Positions 38,486 through 53,459 of a DNA stretch of 64,000 nucleotides are shown one piece after another. The position numbers and the translations under genes were made by a program. The notes below the pieces were generated by a model. It was not told where the DNA came from, made no database searches, and saw only the letters and a program-made list of their open reading frames with translations. This stretch comes from Eledone cirrhosa (Eukaryota): positions 128,216,001 to 128,280,000 of the forward strand of contig OZ024741.1 in assembly GCA_964016885.1 (NCBI GenBank). Reading direction: 5' to 3'. The stretch's first letter is position 1; each line of letters begins with the position of its first letter.

Positions 38486-38606
38486 ATTATAAATTATATA
38501 ACATGAACGACATTATTTAAGTGTTAATTTGAGGGAGATTTTACTGCTATTTCTTGTGATTTTCTGTGGGATGATGACTCAATCGACTATATACCTTATC
38601 TTCGCA

Positions 38607-38784
38607 TGTAGTTGATTCCTGCTTGTGCAGTTGATTCCTGCATGTGTAGTTGACGCCTGCTTCTGTAGTTGATCCCTGCTTGTGCAGTTGATGCCTGCTT
38701 CTGTAATTGACCCCTGCTTGAGTAATTGATCCCTGCGTGTGCAATTGATTCCTGTTTCTGTAGTTGACCCCTGGTTGTGTAGTT
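38607..38784. repeat. 19-bp minisatellite, about 9 copies (TGTAGTTGATCCCTGCTTG-like)
   Basis: Direct unit alignment. Confidence 0.9.
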
Positions 38785-39849
38785 TTAAATCTAATTTTGA
38801 TCAGTAACTTTGACTTAAAATTTACATAATAACCATCCAATTTTCTTTCATATGTAATGCATCAGGGACTACATTATCCAATAGATTGTTTATATCTATT
38901 TTTTCGTTTGCATATTTTTATTTATTTGTTGATTATTAGACGATAGGGTATGAATCGAGGAAGGTTTGGCTACTACTTCTAGTAAGTCTAGTGACCACGT
39001 AGGCAGTCCCTCCGGTGTTATTTATTGGCTAATAAACCGAACATAAGACTCGATTATACCCCCTCCCAACCCGCCTTCTGCAATTATATGGGAATTCTGC
39101 TCCACATCACACTTCATTCTTCTTCTTCTTCTTCTTCTTCTTCTTCTTCTTCTTCTATAACAAAATTTTCCAGTGTTGTGGATTTTAAAATGTCGGTTTT
39201 TTATTACTTAACCCCCTCCCCCCTCTCCACTATATACCACTTCCTCAGATCATGTCCTGGTCTATGAACCAAAGAAGGGCTGGCCCACCGGCCCACTACA
39301 TGGTTGCTAGACCTGCCAGAAATAGCAGCCACAAATTTACACAGCATTGCTGTTGTATTTTGAAAAGAGATATAGCTTATATAATGTAGTAGAAGATAAC
39401 CAACAACAAAGACGGTTTGGTCATAAGTTTGCTGGATCAGGGCTGACCTGGGTTAAACAACAACAACGAAACCAGTGCCTTACTTCATGGGTGAAACAGA
39501 GAGTAAGAAAGAAGGAGAGAGAAGGAGAGAGTCAGAAGAGAGTAAAAGAGCAGAGAGCAGAGAGATAGAGAGAGAGAGAAGTGCTGGTACCCTTGGTATC
39601 CTTCTCCGTTTACCAAAACAACCACTGAGTAGAATCTCAGACCAACGCCTTTAGCTATCTATGTCTTTCAGTTTCTCGTCTTTCCTATCACCCATTTCCT
39701 CTATTACATACACACACACATACATACATACATACATACATACATACATACATACATACATACATACATACATACATACATACATACATACATACATACA
39801 TACATACACAAATACATACATACATACATACACATGCACATACATACAT

Positions 39850-40195
39850 GATGGCTTCCCCCTCGTTATCGAGTATGACCATTGCATGATATACCATTAT
39901 TAATAATTATTAATTAATTCTATCGTGCAATGCCTGTGCGTGAAGATATTTTTTAAAGTGAGGAAAGACTGTGCACTGAGCCAATCCCACTCTCTGAGCG
40001 ACAGTAGCTATAACCCGAAAAGAAGTAAATATCAACATCATCGGTATCTACTGAGCCGCAGGTTTTATATCGGAGTTATCCCAGTTTCCTGAGTTGCCTT
40101 CTCCCAGAAGAATGCCCTGACAAAGGCTAGGGGTCCTTCACTCCCAGTGGTTTAACCGCGCGATCGGGTGTCCAGCCATACTATTTCTATGTCCC
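39850..40195 (-). mobile_element. RTE-derived non-autonomous element with (TATG)n tail
   Basis: Minus strand has GACCCCTAGCCTTTGTCAGGGC...GGAGAAGGCAACTC and ends GAAGCCATC(ATGT)n. Confidence 0.6.
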
Positions 40196-40600
40196 CGCGC
40201 ATATACATAAACATGCACCCATGTATATACACATATACATATACATGCATGTACATGTGTATATACATATTTACACACTTTTACATACCTACATACATAT
40301 TTACATACATATATACATACATACATACGTACACACAAATTCTCTCCTTCCCTCCTGTCTCTGTTTCTCCTTCTTTCTCCAGCACTATTGCTTTTTTACT
40401 CTTTCATTATTGTAGTTATCTTGAAAATATTCTGTATAGGAATTAATTAATAGAATTGCTGGCCTTGTGCTTGAATTAAAAATCGTTATTACGATAGTAT
40501 TTGTAACCTAATGTAACAAAAGGATCATATATCAGCTTTTGTTGGATAATTTTAATTTAAACAGGATGTGTTTCAAAATGAGTGGTTCTGTTTCATAGAA

Positions 40601-40800
40601 CCAAGGGAGGATTTGCCTGCTACTGATACCATGTAACCCAGCACAACTTGCTTCAAGGTCGAGTGGTCGGTGACTAAACCTGCTCCATCCCCCACCTTGG
40701 TCTGGGGAGGAGGGTAAGTGGAACCCCAACAACACAAAAAAACAAGAGCTGTTAAAAGGGCGGATGAACTCCTCAGAATCAACGACCATCTACCCCAACT
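40601..40800 (+). mobile_element. Old RTE-type 5' end carrying a divergent copy of the structured 5' RNA
   Basis: GCTACTGATACCATGTAACCCAGCACAACTTG...GGTGACTAAAC, then CTGTTAAAAGGGC...CAGAATCAACGACCATC. Confidence 0.6.
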
Positions 40801-42511
40801 ATAAGTTATATAGCCTCACCAACTTGCAAGTGGCCAAGCGTGGTGAGCACAGCTACACACCTGACTGGGCCAAAACCAAGCAGAAAGCGGTAGAGTTCAA
40901 CCAGGAAGCGGTTTATCCAAGAGAATTGAGAAGGCACTGGATTGGTATCAAAAGGGTTAAATAAGCATAATTATCTTCGCTTGTTTTAAACTATTTTATC
41001 TACGGGCTGCACTTTGGGTTCATGTTCTCCTGGGAGCGGTTTTGTCTTTTTTCAGAGTCAATAACTAATATAAAAGTTTAGGGTAGGGAATTAGTTGAAT
41101 TGTTTGATCGGTTGATGGGATGTGTTTGTTCTGGCTCTGTGTTTTCTGTATCTCTCCTTGTATTTCCTTGGGTGACAGTGGGTGCATGAGGAGTGGAGAC
41201 TTACATGTATGGGTGATGAGAAAGACGATGGATCTCCATCGGTTTCGGTGATGAGTGTTCCATTTGTCGGATCAATGTAATAGCCTGCTCATGAAATTAA
41301 AATGTAAGTGATTGATTAAGTCTTCCACAGACACGTGTGCCCTAATGTGATCCTCAAAGGTATTCAACAAGACAAGGCTGACACCTTGAATTACACATGC
41401 AGTCTACCCAACGGGCTTCCAAAGAGTTGCCGTTTAACCAATTTCACTCCCTTGCCATGCGTCGATTCGAGGCTATGATACATGATACTGGCCCAAGATG
41501 CCACGCAGTGGGAGCGAACCTGAGACCTAATGTTTGTGAAACGAACTTCATAACCACTCAGCCACGCTGCGTTCACATGTACCGGCAACTGCTCATCTTC
41601 TATAGGATACATAGCCTTGTCCAGGCTTGCATCTAGAATTTTCCGGGTAAAGATGTATAGTCTCACCTTTAAAGAGCCCAGATATGGATATATTCACACC
41701 ACCTGAAAGAGTTCAAACACGTCTCTAATAAGCAAAGAGTCACAATTTTCACCTGCTTCGTTTCAACCAGAACTATGTTTGTAATCCCAGCAACAATCGA
41801 TATGTCTAATACCTCATCCAGTGATGTAATATATTCGAAAATTAATAATCGGGAAAAGTTGATTTACATACCATGCTGTTGTTGCTATAACTCACACATA
41901 TGAATCGAATCGATCGACAAGATTTCAGATCTCACCCGTTTACTCAGTGTGGTCGAATTCGTAAATTGGACCAAGGAAACAATGTTTCCATTGGTCTTTC
42001 TATTGCTGATATTATCTGTCGGTTGCCACACCTGTTTTTGCCTCTAATAGGAGGTTTAATGAAAGTTTTAATGATGGGTGTCATGGTCCTATTATGTCAC
42101 CATTCTCCCAGTGACAGGGGGCGGGGTTTGGATTCACCCGGAACAGATACCAATTAATCTCATTTTCCCGCTGCCACTGGATGTTTTTATTAAACATTTC
42201 AATATAGTAAGCTATTTGTTACGCTGTCCGCAAACAATGCCAACGATTATACTTCCATTGATTGTGCCTAATAAATCAGAAATGCTTGGAGTTATCTCCC
42301 TCGTTTTCTTAACCTAGGAAGGATGTAATTGCTACATTTGTTTGATATTTAAAAATAAAAATCACCATTTGACTTTCAATAGTTATAAATTCACTTCGTT
42401 TATAGTTTCTGAAATATTTGTATTTAAAACCAATAAATACACATTTTATTAAATACCAGAAGAGACACCGTTTAAGAAATCTTTACGTAGTCATGCAACC
42501 TAATAGAAATA

Positions 42512-42950
42512 ATTGTTTCTACTTTTGGCACAAGGCCAGCAATTATCCCAGAGCATTACTGGTACTTTATTTTATCGACCCCGTAAGGATGAAAGGAAAA
42601 GTTAACCTCGGCGGGATTTGAACCCAGAACGTAAAGGGCCATAACTCTATGCTGTAAAGCATGGTGTCTGTAAAGCATGGTGTCTGACCAATTCACCGCT
42701 CTATCGATACTGCCAATTTGTGCCTAAATCAGAAATAATGATTTCTGATTTAGGCACAAGGCCAACAATTTTGGAGGAGGGAAAGTAAATTAAATCGACC
42801 CCTGTGCGTTACTGGTACTTTATTTTATCGACCCCATAAGGATGGAAGGCAAAGCTAACCTCAGAGGGATTTGAACTCAAAACGTAAAAGGATGTAACTA
42901 TATGCCGCAAAGCATGTTGTCCGACTCTCTACTCATACTGCAAATCTACT
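42512..42950 (-). mobile_element. Two tandem SINE family 1 copies
   Basis: Shared core. Confidence 0.8.
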
Positions 42951-43683
42951 AATAGAAACAATGAGCAGATCTGCCTAAAATATATTTTATTGTCTTAAAA
43001 CCAGAACACATTATATAAAATAGGGTGTGATTTTTAAAGTTACTATTTCTAGCAAGTTAAACGACTACATAAATATATGCTGACGTTTGATTGAGCCACT
43101 GTAGTCAGCTATACCAAGGATATTAAGTGCACAAAATACATAGCATGTTCGGATTTGGAACACATCCCATTATACTTCATGGTGAATGAAATCCGAGAGA
43201 AGCATATCTGTGTCATATCGACATTAAAAGTATCAATAAAAAGAGTTGTTAAGGGGAAAAAAACAAACTAGAATTGAACCCACGCCAGCAGAATTGGGAC
43301 CAGTTTATGTCATCTTAGTATTGCTGAGAAACATAAGTCAGGAAAATGAAGAAAATAATGAGTGAGTTTTGAAAGCTTAAATGACTCTACTACGATAAAA
43401 ATTGTCCCACGTATACACTCACATACACACACAGAGACAGAGACAGATAGACAGACAGGCACACAAATACACGCACACACACGCATGCACACTCATACAC
43501 ACACGCACACAAACACACAGATACACACCACCATACACACACATATATATATATAGCAAATACATACAAGAAACTCAAACACTAAGATAATACGAAGACC
43601 GCCTGTGTACAGGAAAAACATATACATACACGCATGTATATATATATGTATACACACATGCACACACATATATATACATACAT

Positions 43684-43716
<33 letters not shown>

Positions 43717-44239
43717 TATATATTATACACATATCCTCATGCACACGCATATGCTTACATATATGACTTTCTCTTCCCCATCTGTTCGCCATTTTCGCGC
43801 CAATGGCGGTTTCGCCCGAATCAAAATACCATTTCGCTCCAATAATCCGCTTTCGCACCTTAAAAGATTTATACCTACTTGGATAATCTCTGCCTCTTTA
43901 CTGCTTCCTTGCCCTCTTTCCCCATCACTGCCCCCACCACCTTCTCTCTCACCACTGCTACTACTACAATTACTAACAACAACACATAACACCATTGCCG
44001 CCGCCGCCGCCGCCACAAGTGGCACCGTTATCTTCTCTCCAAACACTACCACCACCACCACATCACCAGCAACACCACCATAACACCATCACCACACCGC
44101 CTCCACCACCAGCACCACCCCACCCCCACCCCACCCCCACCTCGCCACCACCACCATAGCTACTGCTACTACTACCACCACCACCACCACCACCACCACC
44201 ACCACCACCACCACCACCACCACCACCACCACCACCACC

Positions 44240-44289
<50 letters not shown>

Positions 44290-44524
44290 AAATAACAACA
44301 ATGACTTATGACGTAGCCAAAATGCTAGAAATAGTGGCGGGTCGAGGGTATAGAACTGTTGCTCAGATTTGTTCATTTGTTCATCTACTTTAAGCTTGTT
44401 TTAAGTCACACATATAGAAAGCATCTCACACTTCTTCACTTTATTTTCTCTCTCTCTCACGCATACAAACGCACACACACACACACACACACACAAACAC
44501 AAATTCACACATACACTGACACAG

Positions 44525-44569
<45 letters not shown>

Positions 44570-44943
44570 AATATATATAATTATATGTATTTTCCACTTT
44601 CGTCACACAGATCACATTTTATCAGGCAGAAGTTAACAGTTATTCAAGTGTACATATGCGTGTTCGCTTGAACACACACACAGACACACACACAAACACA
44701 CAAACACACGCATACACACACACTCTCTCACACACATACAGGCGCACAAACACACACACAAACAGACATATCCATACAGAAAAAGCCACCCACATGAATA
44801 CAAAAATGCCAATAAAAATTCGGACATTCACATATACATACATATATTTCTCACCCCACATATCTATCTATCTATTTATCTATCTATATATGTATCTATC
44901 TATTTATCTATCTATCTGTCTGTATGTCTATCTAAATATTTAT

Positions 44944-45010
<67 letters not shown>

Positions 45011-45176
45011 TCTTTGTGTGTGTGTATACATAGGAATCGAGACGTATCCGACGTCCAAGTGATTTCAGAGTCAGGTTTGATCACCATATCGATCGTGCCT
45101 CTAGCTGGTCGCCCGAGAAACAATTGTAATATGTCCAATAAATTACTTTCGTCGCAACACTGATTCTCTTTTTTCT

Positions 45177-45225
<49 letters not shown>

Positions 45226-45593
45226 GTGAGGTTTTTTTACAAAATCAAAAATAACCGAGGTGTCCTACACGAGTGAAAGTATAAAAAAAAAAGATGAAAT
45301 CGAAAATGCAACAAATTAAAGAAAGGATCGAAAAAGTGGAAGGCGTGAATGCTCAAGATGAAACTCAAAATAAAATCAATTGTTTCCTTTACCGGGGGCT
45401 CAGGTTGTTTTTTCATATATGAGTGTTTGAATTTCTTTTTACTTAAAAAAGGGGGCTCACGAAGGCTTTTTTTTAAAATGTAATTTGATTCGTTATAAAT
45501 GAAATTATGGTTGTCACGTGAACATGTTCATTACATTTCGCGCCCGTATTTGGGAATTTATTTTGTAGCCTCTTAGAGAATTTTATGACAATA

Positions 45594-45727
<134 letters not shown>

Positions 45728-45736
45728 TAGATAGAT

Positions 45737-45785
<49 letters not shown>

Positions 45786-45921
45786 GAGAGAGAGAGAGAA
45801 AGAAAAATAGATAGATAGAGGAAGAGAAAGAGAGAGATTAGACGTTTCTAGTTAAGGCCAATAAGAACAATTTTCAACTTGGTACTTTATACTTGAGTGT
45901 AGGCAATACCATAAAGATTCG

Positions 45922-46105
45922 GTGGATTGGCAGTATCGGTAGAGGGTCAGACGTCATGCTTTGACGCATAGAGTTACGACCCTTTCCATTCTGAGTTCAA
46001 ATCTCGCCGAGGTTAACTTTGCCTTTCATCCTTACGGGGTCGATTAAATAAAGTACCAGTAATGTACTGGGTAATTGCTGGCCTTGTGCTAAAAAGTAGA
46101 AACAA
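45922..46105 (+). mobile_element. SINE family 1 copy
   Basis: Shared head and core. Confidence 0.82.
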
Positions 46106-47108
46106 TTATTATAAAGATTCTCCGCGGTTAAACTTCTACCCTTACGGTGGCAAATGTGAAATAAATCTGCTTGATTTGATTTGGTTCAAATCTATCTTTT
46201 CAGGACTTGTCTATAATTTGATTGACAAATACGTTATCAGAGGGTAATTCTATGTCTATATGTGGGTATCTATGAGTGTGTATGTGTGTTTGCACATATG
46301 TATGGTGTGTATATGTGTACATAGGGTTTTGGTATATGTACGTTTGGTGAACATATGTGTATTTGCCTGTAGGTATGCATGTGTGTGCGTTATATACGCA
46401 TTTATGCGTCTATGTTTATATATGTATATATAATTATATGTACACACACACACACACATTTATATGTGTATTTGGTTTATACGTTCGTATGTGTGCGGGT
46501 ATATATGTCATGCCGGTTTACGTACGTGCGCACATATTTATGTGTACGTGCATGGCGTGTTATTTCGCATATGCACGTGTATGTACGTATATAGATGTGT
46601 GTATGTATATATTTAATTATTATTACTTTTATGATTTTAATAACCTCTGTCATTTTCGTTCAACAAATTTATTTACTTTATTCTTAACACCGAAGCCGAG
46701 AATCATTCGGTTTCCTGAATAGAATATTAGTATAATGACTTCAATTATACCATAAACGTGGTTTTGTCTTTGCGCGTAATTGTTCTCAACGCTCCACATA
46801 ACGACGTATTATCTTTGATTTTTTTCCGTTCATTGCCAGGGAACGTCTTCACGAACAAAGTATGGTGTTCCTGTTTTCCTTCGGTTGCAACGTTTTTCGA
46901 AATATTTACTTCTGCGTTCACAGGTTGATTTTTTTAGTTTCAGAAGATCCCGTTAAGGGTGGAAGCAGCGATTCTTTGCTTAAACTTTAATCTGTTATTT
47001 TAATAAATATTTGTACTAGGGTTCTTATATATTTGATATATATTTATATTTATCCTTATCGAGCCCTCTTTGGATTTTACTCTTCACATTTATTATTACT
47101 ACTATATG

Positions 47109-47167
<59 letters not shown>

Positions 47168-47236
47168 AAATAAATAAACAGACTAAATAAAGATGGCGTA
47201 GACATACAATACAAGAGGAGGAACATAATAGCACCA

Positions 47237-47272
47237 CTGACGATGTTGCAGATGTGCAACGAAAGAACTTTG
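47237..47272 (+). ncRNA. Degenerate minimal hammerhead in a TA-flanked PLE-like fragment
   Basis: CTGACGA-T-GTTGCA-GATG-TGCAAC-GAAA; stems I and III weak. Confidence 0.5.
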
Positions 47273-47466
47273 TTAGACTATATATATGTGTTTGTGTCTA
47301 TATTATATCTGCATTTTTGACCGTTGGTCAGTCAATGGTCACGTTGAGGACCGAATAAATTAAATTAACCGATATAAAAGACACAGAAGCGAAAACCAAC
47401 CAAACAGTGAGTGTGTTCTGTTATTAATTCTGGCAATATTACACAAATATGACCCTCCCCAAGTAT

Positions 47467-47584
<118 letters not shown>

Positions 47585-47589
47585 ATATA

Positions 47590-48361
47590 TATACATAAAT
47601 GGCAATTTCTGGCTGTTTGTGAACCTAAAACTCAAAAACTACCAAACCGATTTTGATGAAACCTGACACGTGTATGGGGGCTCATGCCTATTTGATTTCT
47701 TATGTATATTTCATTTTAATTAAAGGGCTTCTCGGGGGTTCAAACCCCCGCTGAAACCCTCTCTGAAAATATTTTCCTTTCGATTTATATGAAATGTAAA
47801 CCATAGGTAAATGACAAGATATGATGCCTATTCACAAAATTTCAGCAAATTTCAATAATATTAAGACACCCTAATGGGGGTTAAACCCCCCTATCTATAT
47901 ACATAAATGACAATTTCTGTCTGTTTGTTTGTGTGTTGGTTTGTGGATTTGTTTGTGAACCTAAAACTCAAAAACTACCAAACTGATCTTGATGAAACTT
48001 GACACGTGTGTGGGGTCCATACCCATTTGATTTCTTACGTACTTTGAAGTTTTAAAAAAATCGATAATTTCCAGTCTGCATCGAGTTTTAAAAAATGTAT
48101 AGGAAATTTGTATGCAAATGCTCATATGAATATTTTCTGCCATAACTTTTAAAGTTCTCAACCAATTTCCTTCAAACTTGAAACACAGATAGATTATGTG
48201 CTAAGGATGGCTTTTGGCTAAAGAACATTATCCAGACCACTCGAGCAAGGTGAAAGCTGATTATTGATTAACTGATGAACGTAATTTGGCTTCAGCTGTT
48301 GTGGGCTTAAAATGTTCTCCATAAATCAACTTAATATTCTCTGCTTGCTCTACCTCAGCTA

Positions 48362-48362
<1 letters not shown>
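47590..48362 (+). mobile_element. Non-autonomous Helitron-like element with internally duplicated 5' block
   Basis: Ends CAGCTAG|T; block 47595-47710 is repeated at about 47900-48045; (GTTT) microrepeat near the 5' end. Confidence 0.5.
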
Positions 48363-48420
<58 letters not shown>

Positions 48421-48505
48421 TAAAAGTTAAACAGAAATAACAACACAATAAGTACAGTATATGAAAAGAATATGTTCGTATAACGCTTGAAATAGCAGGA
48501 GGAGG

Positions 48506-48540
48506 GTCTTAACGTTTTAGACGCTAGTCCTTCATCAGAA
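48506..48540 (-). ncRNA. Degenerate minimal PLE-type hammerhead
   Basis: CTGATGAAGGACTAGCGTCTAAAACGTTAAGAC; homologous to 20134. Confidence 0.55.
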
Positions 48541-48714
48541 GAAAGGATGAAAAATTAGAAAGATTGAAGGGCCGGGCGGAGCGGAATCAGAAAAAAAATG
48601 TTTTTAGAGAAAAATACCAGGTCCGTTCATGTTACCATCTCATACACACTGGACACCGTCTGATGCCATCAACTCCTGTCCAACGGCATTTTCACCGAAT
48701 ATTTCTTGAAAATG

Positions 48715-48757
<43 letters not shown>

Positions 48758-48810
48758 CATACATACACACACACACACATATATATATGTATATATATAT
48801 ATACATATTT

Positions 48811-48842
<32 letters not shown>

Positions 48843-49097
48843 GGAACGATCGACTTTCGTCAAATCGGACCGAGGGAACAATGTTTCCGTTGGTCTTTCC
48901 AATTGCTAATACTATCTATCGGTCGCAACTCCAGGTAGAAGGAGCAACGTGAAATAAAGTGTCTTGCTCAAGGACATAGCACATCGCCTGGTCCAGGAAT
49001 CGAACTCACAACCTTACGATTGCGAATCCAATTCTCTAACCACTCATATATATATATATATATGTATATATAATATATATATATTTATGTGTGCTTT

Positions 49098-49131
<34 letters not shown>

Positions 49132-49644
49132 AATGTATATTTATATGTGTGATGTGTGTAAACACACACATATATATGTATATACATAAAGGGTAAAGGT
49201 TAAATACATATATATATATATACATACAATCATATGTATATATATTTAATAATCTTGCTCCTTTCTTACGCCACATTTCCCACCCACTCTTATTTACGTC
49301 ACCCCCCTTCCCTTTCTTCCCTCTCCATTTCTATCCTCTTCATTTCTGTACTCTCTCTTGTTGAGTTTTGTTTCCCACGCAGCACTCCTTCAAAAACACC
49401 CACCACATCACTAGCACCCATGACAAAACCCCTACCTCTAATGCCCTCAAGATATTTACTCCGGTTCACTGTCACGCCAAGCATGTGATTAACACCGTGT
49501 GGACAGAAAGAGAAACACACACATGCCCACTCATACACACACACATGAACGCACACACACTCATACATACACACACACACATATATGTACGCAAGCGCAC
49601 GCCCACATAAACACATATAAAATATATATATACACATCTTATTC

Positions 49645-49771
49645 TATAAAATACATGGCAAACTGTCGTATACCTTCCTAGGTACTCGGAGTTTCTCGAA
49701 GCAAGTTTATCTTACTTCGGGAAACTCCGAGTACCTAGGAATGTATACAACAGTTTGCCATGTATTTTATA
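49645..49771. repeat. Foldback (inverted repeat, ~55-bp arms)
   Basis: TATAAAATACATGGCAAACTG...CAGTTTGCCATGTATTTTATA. Confidence 0.92.
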
Positions 49772-49774
49772 TAA

Positions 49775-49953
49775 TTGTTTCTACTTTTGGCACAAGGCCA
49801 GCAATTATCCCAGTGTATTACTGGTACTTTATTTTATCGACCCCGTAAGGATGAAAAGCAAAGTTAACCTCGGCAGGATTTGAACTCAGATCATAAAGGG
49901 CCGTAACTCTATGCTGCAAAGCATGGCGTCCGACGCTCTACCGATACTGCCAA
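49775..49953 (-). mobile_element. SINE family 1 copy
   Basis: Shared core. Confidence 0.82.
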
Positions 49954-50880
49954 ATAATATTGTATAATTACCTCTACGGTTATATATTGAGGGCTCTTTT
50001 TTTTAGTGGTTACAACCATATATTCAGGCGACAATATATATATATATAATTGCAATCATAAGGATAACTTCTTTTTTTTTTTGTATTTCTGAATGGTTTT
50101 ATATACATTGTAGTTGCATTATTCTTTTATGAAAGACATTAGTTTTCAAAGACCGGTTCTTAAATGTCGGTTTATGAAAATGTTGTACATGGTTGACGTC
50201 GTTACATTTGTTAATTCGTTGGTCTTTCTATTTCTATTTTTTTTATCGGCTTCGTTATTAAATCCACGTTGTTATTTGTTTTGCTATTTATTTCAATTCA
50301 TTATCTTAAAATTGTCATTTTAGCCCTTTAGCATTTAAACCGGCCGTAACCGGCCACAATTCCCTCACCTCTTTCTGTTCAAACCAGTCGTAACTGGTTG
50401 CATATACTTATGTTAATGTATTGTTCTCAAAATAAATAATATCAAAATCTCGTAGATTTGATATTATGTGAGATATTATATGAGATAAAGTGTTTACTGT
50501 GAAAAGACAACAGTAAATATAAAGTAATGTAAATGCTAAAGGCTTAAAGCATTCCACTGATTGCTCTGGTTCTGTTCGTCGATTACATAACCAAATTCTG
50601 TTTTTCTAAAATTATTCATCTCCATAGGGTGATTGTCCTCTCCCCGCATCATGGTTTTCAAGATTTTATCAACCAAAACCCGTTTTGCGAGAGTTATATA
50701 TTTATTGTTTTTAATTGGCCGGTTCAGTAGTTCTTCTGAATTAATATATCTATATATCAGTAACATTATCGTATCCTGTTTTCTTTAAGAGGAATAAAAA
50801 GAGGAAGGGAAAATGTGATACAGTGAGATAAAGAGAAACTCTTTCACAAACACGAGGATAGGGAAAAGTGAATGAGAGAG

Positions 50881-51025
<145 letters not shown>

Positions 51026-51845
51026 TACGTGTGTCTTGAAGAGTGATAGATTAAAGAGATACTGAAAGAGAAAGAAACAAATTCGTTGTTTGGCGTAAAT
51101 TTTAGAGTGTTTCTGACTGTTTCTGACTGTTTTAGGAAGTTTCGTATTTTAGAGTGCTGAACATTCATTGAGAAATGGCGACGTTATTTCCAGACACACT
51201 TTCCCATCTATAATAAAGATGAAAACATTTCTGAGTAATCACTCCGAAGCCTAGAGCTCATCAACACCGATTGAAAATTTTACAAGCGAGTGCACCATTA
51301 TTATTGACTCACTTCTATTCAGAAAGTCTGTCTCAAGCCCGGAGACACTTCAGGCCGGGCCTTATACCAGTGTCCGTTGTGTGAAGCGCCTGAGAGTACA
51401 AGACTGCCATTTGGACAGGACACAGGTTCATCGCAAGGTTAAATCCCCCAGCTATTGCTGAGTATACTGGAACAACGTGAAATAAAGTGTTTTATTGGAG
51501 AACACAACACACAACCCAGTCCAGGAATCGAACTCACGACATTATGATCGCAAATCCAACATCCTTTGCCACTAAGGTACGAGCCTTCATTTTGCTTATG
51601 TTACCAAATTATTTTTTACTAAACTCGAGAAGACGATTTCTGGTCAAAGAAAACGATCGCATATTCTGGAAATACAAACTGTAATAGAAACAGTGAAAAT
51701 ATGTAAGACGTTCCTAAAATTCAACCTGTAATTCTATACTTTTCTTGTCTAAATTCCAACGTTAGAATTTGTATCTTGGTTACAAATCAGCAAACATCAT
51801 TAAAGGAAGAATTCAAAGAATTAAAAAAAGCAAGAGACACATGCA

Positions 51846-51910
<65 letters not shown>

Positions 51911-51943
51911 TATATTTTAAAAAATAGTGACACACGAGTTGTG

Positions 51944-52277
51944 ATATATTAGTAAAAAGGAAAAGAAAATGCTGACGAATTTTTCCCAGTGAAAAATAGT
52001 TTAATTAGGAATAAGTATAAATTTAGTTTTAGTTTTAAGTTTTTACCGGTTGCGCATTTCTTATGCTTTTCAAAAATAATTTTGAGTGCTCGTGATCAAA
52101 AATCACGACCGCTCTATCTTAAAATTATTTTTGAAAAGCATAAGAAATGCGCAACCGGTAAAAACTTAAAACTAAAACTGAATACTAACTAATACTTATT
52201 ACTAATTTATACTTATTCCTAATTAAACTATTTTTCACTGGGAAAGATTCGTCAGCATTTTCTTTTCCTTTTTACTA

Positions 52278-52283
<6 letters not shown>
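51944..52283. repeat. Foldback (~140-bp arms)
   Basis: Near-perfect inverted arms with an insertion in the right arm. Confidence 0.92.
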
Positions 52284-52339
<56 letters not shown>

Positions 52340-52842
52340 GTGTGTGTGCGTGTGTGTGTGTGCGTGTGTGCGTGTGTGCATGTAATATATAATAACCGAT
52401 GTAAGGCTTAGATCAGATGTCTCCAAAGGAGACGATTGAACTTTTTGGGTCAAATGCTGACTTATGTATAATAAATAAAAGTACATAAAATTCAAATACA
52501 CATTTGTAATCATCATCTATGATAATAGCCAATGTGTGTTTATATATATATTTGGCGTCACACAATGAAAGAAATATCTATGTGATGACTGAGGAAAGCA
52601 GGGTGTTGTGACAAACTATAGAAAACAGAGACCAGCTTTCTAAGATTTGTTACATTCGTGTTTTGTTCCCCTATATTTCATGAGACAAATTCACAGGGTC
52701 AGGGAATACAGAACAACAGCTTTGTGGGGCATGGTATGCAGTTTCCCATATTCATGTATATTGTAAACAGGGTTTGGTATGCAGTTTCCCGCACTAATGT
52801 ACAGGGAAACTACATATCTACTTTATTATTATTAATTAATAT

Positions 52843-53030
52843 CGGTGGATTGACAGTATCGGTAGAGCGTCAGACACCATGCTTGGCAGCATAGAGTTAT
52901 GTCCCTTTACGTTCTGAGTTCAAATCCCGTCGAGGTTAACTTTGCCTTTCATCCTTACGGGGTCGATAAAATAAAGTACCAGTAATACACTGGGATAATT
53001 GCTGGCCTTGTGCCAAAAGTAGAAACAATA
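52843..53030 (+). mobile_element. SINE family 1 copy
   Basis: Shared core. Confidence 0.82.
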
Positions 53031-53311
53031 ATTGTTAATTTATGTTTTGTACATGCCTGGTGGCGATGAGGGATCAAGGATTCCATGGAGGGGTCGGTGG
53101 TCTAAAAAAAATTGGGGACCCCTGCTTAGAAGGTCAGGGGTCACATTTGACAACATATATATAGAGTGGGAGGAGAGTGATACAGTAAAGGAGAGATAAA
53201 GAATTAACATAAGAGTTTAAGGATGAGTATACATAATGAGCGGAGGGGCAGGCAAAGATGACAGAGATAAAGAGTTAAAGCAACGCTACAAAAATACGTA
53301 CGCACACTAGC

Positions 53312-53348
<37 letters not shown>

Positions 53349-53366
53349 ACACACACACACACACAT

Positions 53367-53398
<32 letters not shown>

Positions 53399-53459
53399 GT
53401 ATATATGAACTGTAGCAGTCCTAATACAGATGACTATAGTAATAGTTGATCACTATAAA

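Noticed and set aside
38607-38784. Possible CRISPR array
   Set aside because: Units are contiguous with no unique spacers, the context is eukaryotic, and there are no cas genes.
50536-50766. 76-aa non-repetitive ORF as a possible host exon
   Set aside because: No recognisable motif or supporting neighbouring exons; cannot be supported without RNA or homology data.
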